In this document: positions 8,155 to 17,242 of the stretch, one piece after another
Position numbering within the stretch: the stretch's first letter is position 1
Layout: each line of letters begins with the position of its first letter
From: a virus
Lineage: Duplodnaviria; Caudoviricetes
IMG/VR virus record: IMGVR_UViG_3300037743_000183
Location: 1-50,360 of that record
Strand: one strand, 5' to 3'
DNA: 50,360 bases
Notes under the pieces: generated by a model
What the model saw: only the letters and a program-made list of their open reading frames with translations
Database searches by the model: none
What the model was told of the DNA's origin: nothing
Program-made: the position numbers and the translations under genes

Positions 8155-9148
8155 TGGTGAGCACCTTTCCCGGGTTGAGCTTGTCGATGGTGGTGGGTCC
8201 TACCTCGTAGGGTTTGCGGTCGTAGACGGACCGGGAGGCGACCAGCCGGCCGCCTAGTGTGAGCCGGCGGCCGTCGCCGAGCAGGCCGCGGGCGCGTGCC
8301 TCGTAACGGGCGCACACCGCGGCGGCGCGGTCCTTGAGCCGACGGGCGCGGCGCCAGCCGTCGGCGAACTGGTGGCCGACCTCGATTGGGTCGTCGTGGG
8401 CGATGGACGGGTGGAGCTGCTTGAGGGTGGTGATGGTGGCGGGGTGGCCGTCGTCGATGTCGGGCGGGTCGAGCCGGTTGAGCCGGTCCATGAACCGGCG
8501 TCCGTGCTCGACCATCAGCTTTATGTCGGCCGGGTCGATCGCGCCGTCGTAGGTGCGGAACCCGGACGGGCCGAGCACGCCGAGGTACCACTGGTCGACG
8601 CCGAGGACGTGGCACTGCCAGAGCGCCTGTGCCCGGTAGTAGACGGGGATGTCGTCGGTGCCGTCGTCGCCCCAGCCGTCCCACGTGCCGGCCCACTTGC
8701 ACTCCAGCACCGCGTCCGGCGGCCCGGCGCAGCCCGTGTTGCGGCAATCCCAACAGCCGAAAGACTCAGGCGGCCGGCTACCTGACCCGCACGACGGGCA
8801 CGCCTGGTGCACCAGCCGGTCCGGTGTGGCGAGCTGCCACGATCCGCTGGCCGCAGCGTAGAGACCGGCCCGGGCCAGGGTGAGGTTCTCGTGAGGGTCG
8901 CACCGGTCGGCCCACAGGTCGGCAACCGCCTGCTCCACGGCGGCGCCGATGCTCATCTCGTCCGACTGCTCCTGCCGCCAGTCGTTGGCCTTGGACCAGT
9001 ACAGGCTGAACGGGGAGTCCCACTTGGAGATCCCGAGCACCGCGGCTATCTCGCTGGCGGAAATGCCTTCCCGCCGTAGCCGGTGCCACTCCGGCTCTGT
9101 GGGCACAGCCCGGTCCGGTGGCAGCAGCTCTACGGCCAATCCACCCAC
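8147..9148 (-). CDS. YqaJ/RecE-like exonuclease
   Basis: WHRLRREGISASEIAAVLGISKW, LATPDRL, LECK, IPVYYRAQALWQ; upstream of recT. Confidence 0.9.
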   Translation of the reverse strand: MGGLAVELLPPDRAVPTEPEWHRLRREGISASEIAAVLGISKWDSPFSLYWSKANDWRQEQSDEMSIGAAVEQAVADLWADRCDPHENLTLARAGLYAAASGSWQLATPDRLVHQACPSCGSGSRPPESFGCWDCRNTGCAGPPDAVLECKWAGTWDGWGDDGTDDIPVYYRAQALWQCHVLGVDQWYLGVLGPSGFRTYDGAIDPADIKLMVEHGRRFMDRLNRLDPPDIDDGHPATITTLKQLHPSIAHDDPIEVGHQFADGWRRARRLKDRAAAVCARYEARARGLLGDGRRLTLGGRLVASRSVYDRKPYEVGPTTIDKLNPGKVLTNG

Positions 9149-9531
9149 TACGGCAGCACCCCCACGGGGAAGCCGCCGACCCGCTCGGCCAGGGTGGACC
9201 ACAGGGGCCGGGGTGGGCGCCACCCGCCGGGGACGATGCGCCGCAGCACCGCCGCCGGCTCGTGAACGCCGCGGGCCGGGCTCCACATGGTGTAGCCGAG
9301 CGCGGGCGCGTGCTGCCCGCCGCAGTCGGCGCCGGTCTCCCGCCACGGCCGGCAGTGTGAGCCGCCGCAGCGGCCGCAGTCGGTGTCCCGTCCGGCGGGG
9401 GGCATGGCCTGGGTGCGGGCGAGCAGCGCCTGGTCTTCGAGGTCGAGCCGCCGCCGGCCGACCACGCCGGACCACCACCACAGGCTGCCGAGGGTGGTGG
9501 CGATGAGCAGGACGAGCAGGCTACGGATCAT
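9148..9531 (-). CDS. hypothetical protein with N-terminal TM helix
   Basis: MIRSLLVLLIATTLGSLWWWSG; CGRC..HC motif; ATGA overlap. Confidence 0.55.
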   Translation of the reverse strand: MIRSLLVLLIATTLGSLWWWSGVVGRRRLDLEDQALLARTQAMPPAGRDTDCGRCGGSHCRPWRETGADCGGQHAPALGYTMWSPARGVHEPAAVLRRIVPGGWRPPRPLWSTLAERVGGFPVGVLP

Positions 9532-9941
9532 GGTCGTGTCCTCTCTGCGGCGGCCAACCTGTGCCGCCGCGCCTCGGCCAGCCGGGCGGTCTGATGGCAG
9601 ACCACCGAGCAGAATCGACTTCTCACATCCCTGGCGGTGTACCAGCCGGAGCACTGGTGGCAGATGGACAGCCGCCGGCCGTCTCGTTCGGCCGGGGTGC
9701 GGGCACCCCACACGCCGTGCCGTTCGCCGGTGTCGATGGCCCATTTGAGGCAGGCGGCGGTTACCGGGCACTTCTGGCAGATACACACGGCGGGGAGTAC
9801 GTCGGGGTGGCTGCTGGTGGCGCCGGTGTCCAACGCGACCGGGTAGAAGATCTCCGGGTCCTCTGACCGGCAGGCGGCCTCGTCTGCCCAGCCGGGGCCG
9901 GGGGCGAGGGTGTGGGGCGGGTGCCGGTCAGCCGGGCGCAT
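9528..9941 (-). CDS. whiB: WhiB-family Fe-S transcription factor with C-terminal Zn-finger extension
   Basis: W..AAC..DPEIFYP..ICQKCPVTAACL..GVWG..TPAER; extra CHQC..FCSVVC. Confidence 0.9.
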   Translation of the reverse strand: MRPADRHPPHTLAPGPGWADEAACRSEDPEIFYPVALDTGATSSHPDVLPAVCICQKCPVTAACLKWAIDTGERHGVWGARTPAERDGRRLSICHQCSGWYTARDVRSRFCSVVCHQTARLAEARRHRLAAAERTRP

Positions 9942-10203
9942 CGGCCACCTCCGTGTTGTGTCCGGTCGTGATCCGGTAGGCGACGCCGGACCGTTCGGGC
10001 TGCATCGGAATGCAGCGCCCGATCGAGTGCCAGCCGGCGGTGGTGAGCGCCTCCAGCACCGCCCGGGCGAACCCGGCGAACTCGTCCAGGTCGCACGGCA
10101 GACCTTCCTCGGACCAGCTACAGCCACCACCCGAGCAGGCGTAGTCATGGACGGCCCTCGCCACCAGTTCCACATCGGCGTCGGTCCACAGCGGCTCAGC
10201 CAT
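9928..10203 (-). CDS. hypothetical protein
   Basis: MAEPLWTDADVELVARAVHD; coupled overlaps. Confidence 0.55.
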   Translation of the reverse strand: MAEPLWTDADVELVARAVHDYACSGGGCSWSEEGLPCDLDEFAGFARAVLEALTTAGWHSIGRCIPMQPERSGVAYRITTGHNTEVADAPG

Positions 10204-10433
10204 CACCGCCACCCTTCGAGGTCGTCCTGGGGGCGTCGGGTGGCGACCGGGCTGTCGGCGGCGAGCCGCAGCACCCGGCTGATCTGTCCGTGCGCGGTCG
10301 CCTGCCGCCGGGTCCATGCCCGTTCGGAGAGCACCGTCCGGCCGCCGCGTGTGAGCGACCATTCCCAGCTGCGGCGCCACGGGGTGAGGCGTCCCCAACG
10401 AATCCGGTCTACGTGCAGCGCGAGCTCAGCCAC
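10203..10433 (-). CDS. hypothetical protein
   Basis: Fills the operon gap; GGAGG RBS before GTG. Confidence 0.5.
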   Translation of the reverse strand: MAELALHVDRIRWGRLTPWRRSWEWSLTRGGRTVLSERAWTRRQATAHGQISRVLRLAADSPVATRRPQDDLEGWR

Positions 10434-10749
10434 GGCGGCTCGCCTCCCACTCAATGCAAGCCACCGCCGTCATGCCGTTGACGGTCACGCCCGGCGCGGC
10501 CTGTTTGGCCAGCCGCAGCGCGGTGTCCAGGTCGAAGCGGTGCGCCTCCAGCCAGTCGTCCTCACGGTTCGACGGGCTAGGTTCGTAGTCCCACTCGCTG
10601 TCGGCATTCAGACATCGCCCCAGCCAGCAGACCCCCCACCGGCCGGGGTGGCGCTCTTCTACAGTGATGTCGTAGTGGCCACGGTTGATGCTGCCCTCGG
10701 GCAGTACCGAGACGGTGTACCGGGTGGCCTCCACGCGCGGCTCAGCCAT
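10426..10749 (-). CDS. conserved-type actinophage hypothetical protein
   Basis: ATRYTVSVLPE..WDYEPSPSNREDDWL..HRFDLDTAL. Confidence 0.7.
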   Translation of the reverse strand: MAEPRVEATRYTVSVLPEGSINRGHYDITVEERHPGRWGVCWLGRCLNADSEWDYEPSPSNREDDWLEAHRFDLDTALRLAKQAAPGVTVNGMTAVACIEWEASRRG

Positions 10750-11083
10750 GGTGGGTCTCCGTTCCGTTGGCGGCGGCGACCTGCCGGGTGAGCTCGGCCA
10801 GCTCGGCCGTGGCCCGGTCGATCCGCTGGCCCAGCGTCTCGGCGGGCATGGCGCACATCAGGGTCAGCTCGACCGTCCCGCCGGCGAGCATGCCTTTGGC
10901 CGCGTGCACGTCGACCCCGTGGCCGCTGGTCCGTACCCCGGTGGGGATGCCGGCGGCGCGGGCGGCGGCGTCCACGAGCTCGGGGTGGCCGGCCAGGTAG
11001 TGGAGGGTGATGCTGGCCGTGTCCGGCGGGTGCTGGTGCACCAGTACGGCGAGGTTCTGGCTGATCACCCGGCGGGCGCTCAT
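10742..11083 (-). CDS. hypothetical protein
   Basis: MSARRVISQNLAV; ATGA overlap. Confidence 0.55.
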   Translation of the reverse strand: MSARRVISQNLAVLVHQHPPDTASITLHYLAGHPELVDAAARAAGIPTGVRTSGHGVDVHAAKGMLAGGTVELTLMCAMPAETLGQRIDRATAELAELTRQVAAANGTETHHG

Positions 11084-11298
11084 CGGACGGCCCTGCCCAG
11101 CCGGGAGTGGGCGGTGACGATTCGCACCAGCCGCGCCAGGTCGCTCAGGTCGGGCGCGGTGAGCGCGGCGTCGACGGCGTCGGCGAACTGCTGGTAGACG
11201 GCGAGCAGGTCGGCCGGTGCCCACTGGCCGTTGTCGTGCCGGGGGTCGCCGTGGCGGCCACCCACCGGCTGGCTGTTAGGCTCGGGCTGGCTGTTCAT
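11080..11298 (-). CDS. hypothetical protein
   Basis: AAGGAG RBS then ATG. Confidence 0.55.
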   Translation of the reverse strand: MNSQPEPNSQPVGGRHGDPRHDNGQWAPADLLAVYQQFADAVDAALTAPDLSDLARLVRIVTAHSRLGRAVR

Positions 11299-11786
11299 GG
11301 CAGCTCCTTTCGGTGGTGGTCCGCTGGCCCCGCCCCTTCCCGGGCGGGGCTGGTGTGTGTCTGGTGGCGGCCGTCAGCGGCTACGGCAGCGGCCGCCACC
11401 AGAGAGCCACCCCGCCCGGGCTGGGCTGAGTCCCGGGCGGAAGTCTGGTGGTCTGTGCTGGCGCAGCACCAGGGCAATGCGAGCCCGTCATGCTCTCGCC
11501 TAGGCACCACGTGGACGTGAAGGTGAAAGATCGACTGAGTTGCCTCACGCCCCGCTGAGGTAATCAGGTTGAACGGCCGTACAGCGATCTCCGACGCTCG
11601 GGCGAAAGTCAGTGCCGTCACCGAAGGTGATACGGCGGCGTCCTCCACATGCTCACGAGGGATCACCAGCAAGTGGCCATCCACCACCGGGTTGAGAGGC
11701 ACGATCGACATCGTGTTGGGCCACCGATGAACGATGATGGCCGGTAGTCGGCCCTGCCAGATGTCACAGAACACACACATCGTCAT
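11295..11786 (-). CDS. HIT-family nucleotide hydrolase
   Basis: CVFCDI, PLNP..GHLLVIPREH, QSIFHLHVHVVPR histidine triad. Confidence 0.92.
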   Translation of the reverse strand: MTMCVFCDIWQGRLPAIIVHRWPNTMSIVPLNPVVDGHLLVIPREHVEDAAVSPSVTALTFARASEIAVRPFNLITSAGREATQSIFHLHVHVVPRREHDGLALPWCCASTDHQTSARDSAQPGRGGSLVAAAAVAADGRHQTHTSPAREGAGPADHHRKELP

Positions 11787-12283
11787 GCCGCACCTCGCAC
11801 GGCGGCCCGGCCGGTCGCGTAGACCACGGGTCCGCGGCGGGCGGGCATCTGGGTGCCGCCGGTGCGGTGCCGGCCGGTGGCAGGTGTCCGGGGGAAGTGG
11901 GAGCCCACCACCGGCCGGCCGGCCCACCCGGTTAGCGGCCGGGTGGGAGCGTTGGGCCTCGCCGTGGCTGCCGGTGCCGCGGCGAGGGTGTTGCATCCTG
12001 TGGTCGGGCCGCCCTTACCCGCACCCGCGGGCTCGCGCCCGGCCGGCAGTGCATACCCGGACCCCGCAGCTACGCCACGGGGTAGCGGCCCTAATGGGAA
12101 TCTGTGGGCGGCGCCCGCCCCCGCACCCCTACCAGGGGCGGGCGCCACAACCCCGGCTGCCACCGCGCCACCTAACGCGGGAGCCTGGGGGACCACCCGG
12201 GCAGCCAGCGCGGCCGCCGGGTGGCGTCTCGGAAGCAGGGTGCCGACCGCGAGCAGCAGCACGGCGGCGATGGCGGCGGTCAT
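11783..12283 (-). CDS. low-complexity hypothetical protein
   Basis: ATGA overlaps at both ends; N-terminal hydrophobic stretch. Confidence 0.4.
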   Translation of the reverse strand: MTAAIAAVLLLAVGTLLPRRHPAAALAARVVPQAPALGGAVAAGVVAPAPGRGAGAGAAHRFPLGPLPRGVAAGSGYALPAGREPAGAGKGGPTTGCNTLAAAPAATARPNAPTRPLTGWAGRPVVGSHFPRTPATGRHRTGGTQMPARRGPVVYATGRAAVRGAA

Positions 12284-12990
12284 GCCACACCTTCTAGCCG
12301 TGCCATCGGTAGCACGTCCTGGGCGAGCCGCCGGGCGGCGATCTCGCAGTAGCGTTCCTCGATCTCCACGCCGATGGCGCGGCGGCCGAGGTTGCGGGCG
12401 GCGACCAGCGTGGAGCCGGAGCCGGCGAACGGATCCAGCACGACGGAGCCCGCTAGCGTGGTGTCGTCGATGAGCTTTTCCAGCAAGGGAACCGGCTTCT
12501 CGGCCTCATGGTTAGGGTGGGTGCCGTACGGCCAGCGGAAACGGAGCACGTTACGGATGTCTCGGGCGAGTTCCCAGCGGAACTCGGGACCGCGTACAAA
12601 GGCGATCAGCTCGTGTGAGGCGCGGTACGGAGACCCCAGGCCGATCGATTCGCGGTCCCACACCAGGCACTGCGACACCCGCCAATCGGTGCGTACCTCC
12701 GCGAAAGCCCGCTCGACTAGTCCAACCGTCCGGTAGTCGGTGAAGACAAAGCCGTGACCGTCGGGGCGAGTACGTGCGGTGAGTCGCTTGGCAACGTCGG
12801 TAAACCAGTACAGCCAGAACTGATCCGAACCAAGCAGATCGCCGTTGCTGTTGGTGCGCCCAGTGTGAAGCGCACCGGCGCGGGAGTACGGCGGGTCTGT
12901 GACGAAGGCGTGGGCCACCTCGGGCGTCGGCTGGCTGAGGGCGTCGCCGTGATACAGCACCACCTGGTCGTCGGCGTAGTAGGGCGTCAT
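12280..12990 (-). CDS. DNA methyltransferase, N6/N4 beta class
   Basis: LYHGDAL, FVTDPPY, HEAEKPVPLL, VLDPFAGSGST, IGVEIEERYC. Confidence 0.93.
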   Translation of the reverse strand: MTPYYADDQVVLYHGDALSQPTPEVAHAFVTDPPYSRAGALHTGRTNSNGDLLGSDQFWLYWFTDVAKRLTARTRPDGHGFVFTDYRTVGLVERAFAEVRTDWRVSQCLVWDRESIGLGSPYRASHELIAFVRGPEFRWELARDIRNVLRFRWPYGTHPNHEAEKPVPLLEKLIDDTTLAGSVVLDPFAGSGSTLVAARNLGRRAIGVEIEERYCEIAARRLAQDVLPMARLEGVA

Positions 12991-13487
12991 GCCGCACCTC
13001 GCCGGGGGAGCAGGGTGGCCACGGCCCACAAGGCAGCGGCAGCGGCCCGGCGGCCACGACCAGCCACAGCCCGGCCGCAGCGCCGGGCAACGACTGCTAC
13101 GGCGGTGGCGGTGTGGGCGGTGGCCGGGTGGGTGGCCGCGACAGCCAGGTGGTGGCGGATCACGACGCACCGCCGTGGGGGCAGTAGGCCGACGACTCGG
13201 GGCGAATGTGGTCGCTCTCCAGCCAGCACCGTTCGCAGATCGGCCCCCAGGACTGGGGGGCCGGTGCGGACAAGCTGCACGATCCCCCATCCGGCTTGAG
13301 GGACATGATCCCGACGACGCGATAGCCGCGAATGGACCCCGGCTGGCACGCGGCGATGCCGGTGATGGCCATGGTCACCACCCGGCCGCGTGCAGCCAGA
13401 CCAGCGCCAGCGCCGCGACCACGGCCAGCAGCACGGTGAGTTGGGCCAGGCCGCGCAGGTGCCGGCCCAGGGTCGGGTCGCGGCGGC

Positions 13488-13718
13488 TCACGACGCACAC
13501 CCGGGGGTGGCGGAGCGGGTGTCGATCAGCTCCCGCCACGCCGGGTCATGAGTGTAGGAGGTGCACCGGTCGGGCTGGCCGCAACCGCACACCTCGCCAG
13601 GCGCGTGCAGCGGGCAACCCGGATGCGGATAAGCGATCTTGGCGGACGGGACACCGACATCACTGCCGGTCAAGCACATCCCGTCGCACTCGGGCGTGAC
13701 CGGGATCGGCTGGCTCAT
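13488..13718 (-). CDS. Cys/His-rich small protein
   Basis: CDGMC..HPGCPLH..CGCG; GAGGAG RBS. Confidence 0.5.
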   Translation of the reverse strand: MSQPIPVTPECDGMCLTGSDVGVPSAKIAYPHPGCPLHAPGEVCGCGQPDRCTSYTHDPAWRELIDTRSATPGCAS

Positions 13719-13957
13719 GCCGGCAGCTCCTCTCCGGTGGTGGCCGGGTCGATCCCGATCATGGTGGTGATGGTGGCGACGCCGCCGCCGGCGGTGAGCG
13801 GGTGACCGTCGGCGTCGCGGCGTCGGCGGACGACCTCCAGCCACCCGCCGGCGGGGGTGGCGCGGAGGGACAGGTCGAGCACGTCGCCGGGGTCGACCTG
13901 CCAGTCGGTGAGGGCGGCGGTGAGCGCGGCGTAGGGGATGGCGACCGGGTCACTCAC
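13715..13957 (-). CDS. hypothetical protein
   Basis: GTGA overlap; protein-like composition. Confidence 0.55.
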   Translation of the reverse strand: MSDPVAIPYAALTAALTDWQVDPGDVLDLSLRATPAGGWLEVVRRRRDADGHPLTAGGGVATITTMIGIDPATTGEELPA

Positions 13958-14142
13958 TGGACTGCCTCAAACTTCGAGGTGTGCGCCCAGTCGTTCCCGT
14001 GCCCGTCCGGGTCCTGGAACCGGAACGTCTCCAGCCCAAACGGACAATTCTCCCCCTCCTCACAGGTGCCGATCTCCAACACCGTCACGACGAACGGGAT
14101 GCCGGGCATCTGAACCTTGTCGCCGATCTCAAACTTGGCCAT
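13954..14142 (-). CDS. small beta-rich (SH3/KOW-like) protein
   Basis: MAKFEIGDKVQ; GAGGAG RBS. Confidence 0.65.
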   Translation of the reverse strand: MAKFEIGDKVQMPGIPFVVTVLEIGTCEEGENCPFGLETFRFQDPDGHGNDWAHTSKFEAVQ

Positions 14143-14143
14143 G

Positions 14144-14458
14144 TCAAGTCTCCTCAGTGGTGGTGTCGGTGGGGTGGTTGAGCCGGCGCAGCAGTTCGGC
14201 CGCCGGTGTCAGGTGGTCCGAGAACCCGGTGGGTTCGTGGCCGCCCAACCGGTCGGGGTGCTGGTCGTGCCGGTCGGGCTGGTCGTCCGCGCGGTGGCGC
14301 AGCAGCAGCCACGGCAGCATTAGCAGCGCGAGCGCGCAGCCGGGCCGCTGGCTGCGGGCGCGTTTGCGGACGGCGGCTTTCTGCTGGCGGCTGATCCGCC
14401 CGGCGCGGGCGGCGGCGCGGCCGGCTTCGTACCCGTCCAGGTACCCACGGCGGCTCAT
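14144..14458 (-). CDS. hypothetical protein
   Basis: ATGA overlap; short hydrophobic segment. Confidence 0.45.
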   Translation of the reverse strand: MSRRGYLDGYEAGRAAARAGRISRQQKAAVRKRARSQRPGCALALLMLPWLLLRHRADDQPDRHDQHPDRLGGHEPTGFSDHLTPAAELLRRLNHPTDTTTEET

Positions 14459-15273
14459 GACTCCGCGTCCCGCCACCACGAGTGCAGCTTCCTTCCGCCC
14501 CGCCCGGCGTTGTTGATCTCGACCGCGGCAGCGGCCACGCAGTAGCCCCTGGCGTTGTTGGTCTCCTTGCGCAGCTTTGCCGCCTTGTTCAGCAGACCGT
14601 TCAACCCTCCCATCGCCGACGACAACCGCTTGACCAACTGCTCGTCATCCATGTCGCCGTTGCTGTACCGGTGGCACAGCAGCCCGATCCCGTCGATAAC
14701 TGCCGCATCCAGGCCCGGGTCCCCGTAGGCGTCGCGGACGATCCGTAACGTCCGGGCCAGCGTCGCCGGGTCGGACCGGCGGTAGATCCGCATCAGTGTC
14801 CCGACTGCCGAGATTGCGCCCTCGCTGCGGTCGAACGACACCCGAAGGCCCTGAGCGCGGACGATCCGGTCCACGTCGGACTCGTCGTGCCGGCCAGCCT
14901 GGACGCCGACGCGGAACTTGGACATGGCGTTGACGGCGAGGGTGTCGTTGAGCTTCAGGAAGACCTCAGCCTCTTCCTGCTCGGCTAGTCCGTCGTAGCA
15001 CCAGCACTGGATCTGCTGGTCCTCCCACTTTCCTTCGCCGAGCCACAGCTTGTACGCCTCGATGCGGTGGTGGCCGTCGATTATGTAGTAGGCGTCGCCG
15101 CGGTGGTTGACGGTGGGCGAGCCGAACTGCTCGGGGTCGAAGTCGGCGGCGAGGTGGTCGACCCGGGCGGGCTTCAGATCTCGTTGGGCCATCGGGTTGA
15201 CCCGTAGGTCAGCCATCGGGACCCATCGAAGCCGGGCTGTCCGCTCCATTTTCTTGGTAGGCTTAGTTGTCAC
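14455..15273 (-). CDS. ParB/Srx-like domain protein (DUF6551-like)
   Basis: LRVNPMAQR..FDPEQFG..YYIIDGHHR..EEAEVFLKLN. Confidence 0.75.
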   Translation of the reverse strand: MTTKPTKKMERTARLRWVPMADLRVNPMAQRDLKPARVDHLAADFDPEQFGSPTVNHRGDAYYIIDGHHRIEAYKLWLGEGKWEDQQIQCWCYDGLAEQEEAEVFLKLNDTLAVNAMSKFRVGVQAGRHDESDVDRIVRAQGLRVSFDRSEGAISAVGTLMRIYRRSDPATLARTLRIVRDAYGDPGLDAAVIDGIGLLCHRYSNGDMDDEQLVKRLSSAMGGLNGLLNKAAKLRKETNNARGYCVAAAAVEINNAGRGGRKLHSWWRDAES

Positions 15274-16325
15274 TGGTCGATCTCCTTCAGTCTCTTGGTC
15301 AGCCGGTTGAGCACCCGGATGCTTTTGCTGAGGGAGGTCGTCCAGGTCTTGATCTCGGCCTTGTCGAGCTCGGCGAAGCGGACCAGGCCGAGTGACATCT
15401 CCAGGTTGTCGAGGTCCTGGACGATCTCCCGGATGATGCGGCTGGAGTCGATCCGCTTGTGGGATCGGCCGAGCGCGACGTCGGCGGTGATGGTGGTCCC
15501 GTTGTCGCGGGCGATCTTGCGGATGGTCTGGGGCAGGATGCCGAGCTTGTCGGCGATCTGGTGTGAGGTCCAGCCGGTCCGCCCATACTCGGCGATCAGC
15601 TCCCGGCGGCGGGCGACCGCCTCCCGGTCCCTATCGTTGGGCTTCGGAATCCAGTCGGGATCGCGCGCGTCGCCGGTCTCCGGTTGCGGTTCGGGGGTTG
15701 GTTGCGGGTCGCGCAGCTTGAGGTATCCGCCGGAGATGGTCTCCTTGCCCGCGTCGATCTTGTCGAGTGTCGCGGCGGCAGCCTGGTCCCCTTCTTCGGC
15801 GCGGTCGCCGAGATGCTTCAGCCGCGACCACTGCGGGGCCGACATGCCGATGCTCTGGCCGACAGCCTCGGCGGTCGGGCGCCGCGCGGCGTACGACGTA
15901 ACTTCTGCATCCGCGGATACAGAAGTTAGATCCGTCCGCGCACCCTGCCGTTTGGCCGCCTTCGGCCGCTCCAGCGCCTCCAGCGCCTTGCCGTGCGCGT
16001 ACAGCTCGCTGGCGGTCATGTCCTTGCGGCACACGTTCTCGTCCCGCTCGGCACGCAGCAGCTTCGCCGCATCGTTCAGGTTGTCCACGAACCGCACCGG
16101 CACCGTGTCCATGCCGATCAGCCGGCAAGCCTCCATCCGCCGCTGGCCGGCGACCAGCCTCAGATCCCGGGTCAGCGTCACCGGGTTGATCAGCCCGACG
16201 TCGACGATTGACCGGCCGAGCGCCTGCAGGTCGCCGAGGTCGCGGCGATGCCGGTCGACGATCCAGATTGAGTCGATCGGCACGTAGTCGTCGATCGCGG
16301 CCGGGGTGATCGTGACGGCGCTCAT
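15270..16325 (-). CDS. ParB N-terminal domain protein with HTH segments
   Basis: RHRRDLGDL..SI..VGLINPV..LVAGQRRMEAC..ERDENVCRKD; C-terminal HTH (SHQIADKLGI). Confidence 0.85.
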   Translation of the reverse strand: MSAVTITPAAIDDYVPIDSIWIVDRHRRDLGDLQALGRSIVDVGLINPVTLTRDLRLVAGQRRMEACRLIGMDTVPVRFVDNLNDAAKLLRAERDENVCRKDMTASELYAHGKALEALERPKAAKRQGARTDLTSVSADAEVTSYAARRPTAEAVGQSIGMSAPQWSRLKHLGDRAEEGDQAAAATLDKIDAGKETISGGYLKLRDPQPTPEPQPETGDARDPDWIPKPNDRDREAVARRRELIAEYGRTGWTSHQIADKLGILPQTIRKIARDNGTTITADVALGRSHKRIDSSRIIREIVQDLDNLEMSLGLVRFAELDKAEIKTWTTSLSKSIRVLNRLTKRLKEIDQ

Positions 16326-16497
16326 CGGGTCACCGCCGGGGTTTCCGACCGTGGGCAGCTGCGCCGTTCGGGTGCCAGGTGCCGGGGGAGCATCGTCCCG
16401 CCGCGGACCAGTCTGAGCAGCCGGCCGCATGCCGGGCAGCGGCCGGTGGGGTCGCCGAGCTTCCGGGCGATCAGGGCCACGGCAGCGTCCCGGGCGT

Positions 16498-16749
16498 TCA
16501 CGACGTCACCGCCGCATCCCGCGCGTCCTGGGCGTCACGCAGCACGGCGTAGGCGAACGCGGCCGCCACATTCTCGTGGGGGACGGCCCGCCATGCGACC
16601 TCGTAGAGGATGCCGAACGCCTCGGCCGGGTCGGCGCCGTCGTCTAGCTCGTCACGCATGGCGTGGACGCTCTCGGCCCACGCCTCGGCTACGGCGGCCC
16701 GCATCTGGTCGAGCTGGGCGCGGTAGGCCGTCGTGAACGGGGCGTTCAC
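16498..16749 (-). CDS. hypothetical protein
   Basis: GTGA overlap; helical composition. Confidence 0.55.
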   Translation of the reverse strand: MNAPFTTAYRAQLDQMRAAVAEAWAESVHAMRDELDDGADPAEAFGILYEVAWRAVPHENVAAAFAYAVLRDAQDARDAAVTS

Positions 16750-16979
16750 CGGGTCACCGCCGCGTACTCACCGCGGCGCAGCCGGATCGCCAGCAGCGCC
16801 AGGTTCCCCGCCGCGATGCACTCCAGCCCGAAGCGGACGGACAGCAGCGCCAGCCGGCCGGCGGGGATGCTGCACAGCCAGGCGTAGGTGGGGTGGCGCC
16901 GGGTGGCGGGGCCGCCCCGGTGCCCCCAGATGATCAGGTCCCAGGTGATGTCCGCGAGCGCGGCCAGCCGGGCGGTCAC
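16746..16979 (-). CDS. hypothetical protein
   Basis: GTGA overlaps. Confidence 0.45.
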   Translation of the reverse strand: MTARLAALADITWDLIIWGHRGGPATRRHPTYAWLCSIPAGRLALLSVRFGLECIAAGNLALLAIRLRRGEYAAVTR

Positions 16980-17242
16980 CGGGTGTCCCCCGCCTGCTCG
17001 GCGGGCAGCATGGGCTCGACTTGCCGCAGCGCCCCCCAGGCGGCACCGTGCTGGTACGCCTCGACAGCCTGAGTGACCAGGTATCGCAGGTCCGATGTCC
17101 GCGGCGGGCCGCCGTTGGCCAGCCGCGTCTGAATCTGGGCCAGCTGTGCGGCGGCCTCCTGGATGGCCCGGACGGTGTTGTCCCGCTCGGACCGGACCTC
17201 CTGCTCGAAGGCGCGGCGGACCTCCGCCGGTGGGAGTGCCAT
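16976..17242 (-). CDS. hypothetical protein
   Basis: MALPPAEVRRAFEQ; TGATG overlap. Confidence 0.55.
   Translation of the reverse strand: MALPPAEVRRAFEQEVRSERDNTVRAIQEAAAQLAQIQTRLANGGPPRTSDLRYLVTQAVEAYQHGAAWGALRQVEPMLPAEQAGDTR

Noticed and set aside
12987-13491. Three short candidate ORFs between the DNA MTase and 13488
   Set aside because: They tile the gap with overlaps and are probably real, but starts and products are too uncertain to list as features
14455-16325. Phage-plasmid ParABS partition system
   Set aside because: No ParA ATPase or parS array recognised, and an integrase/repressor module is present
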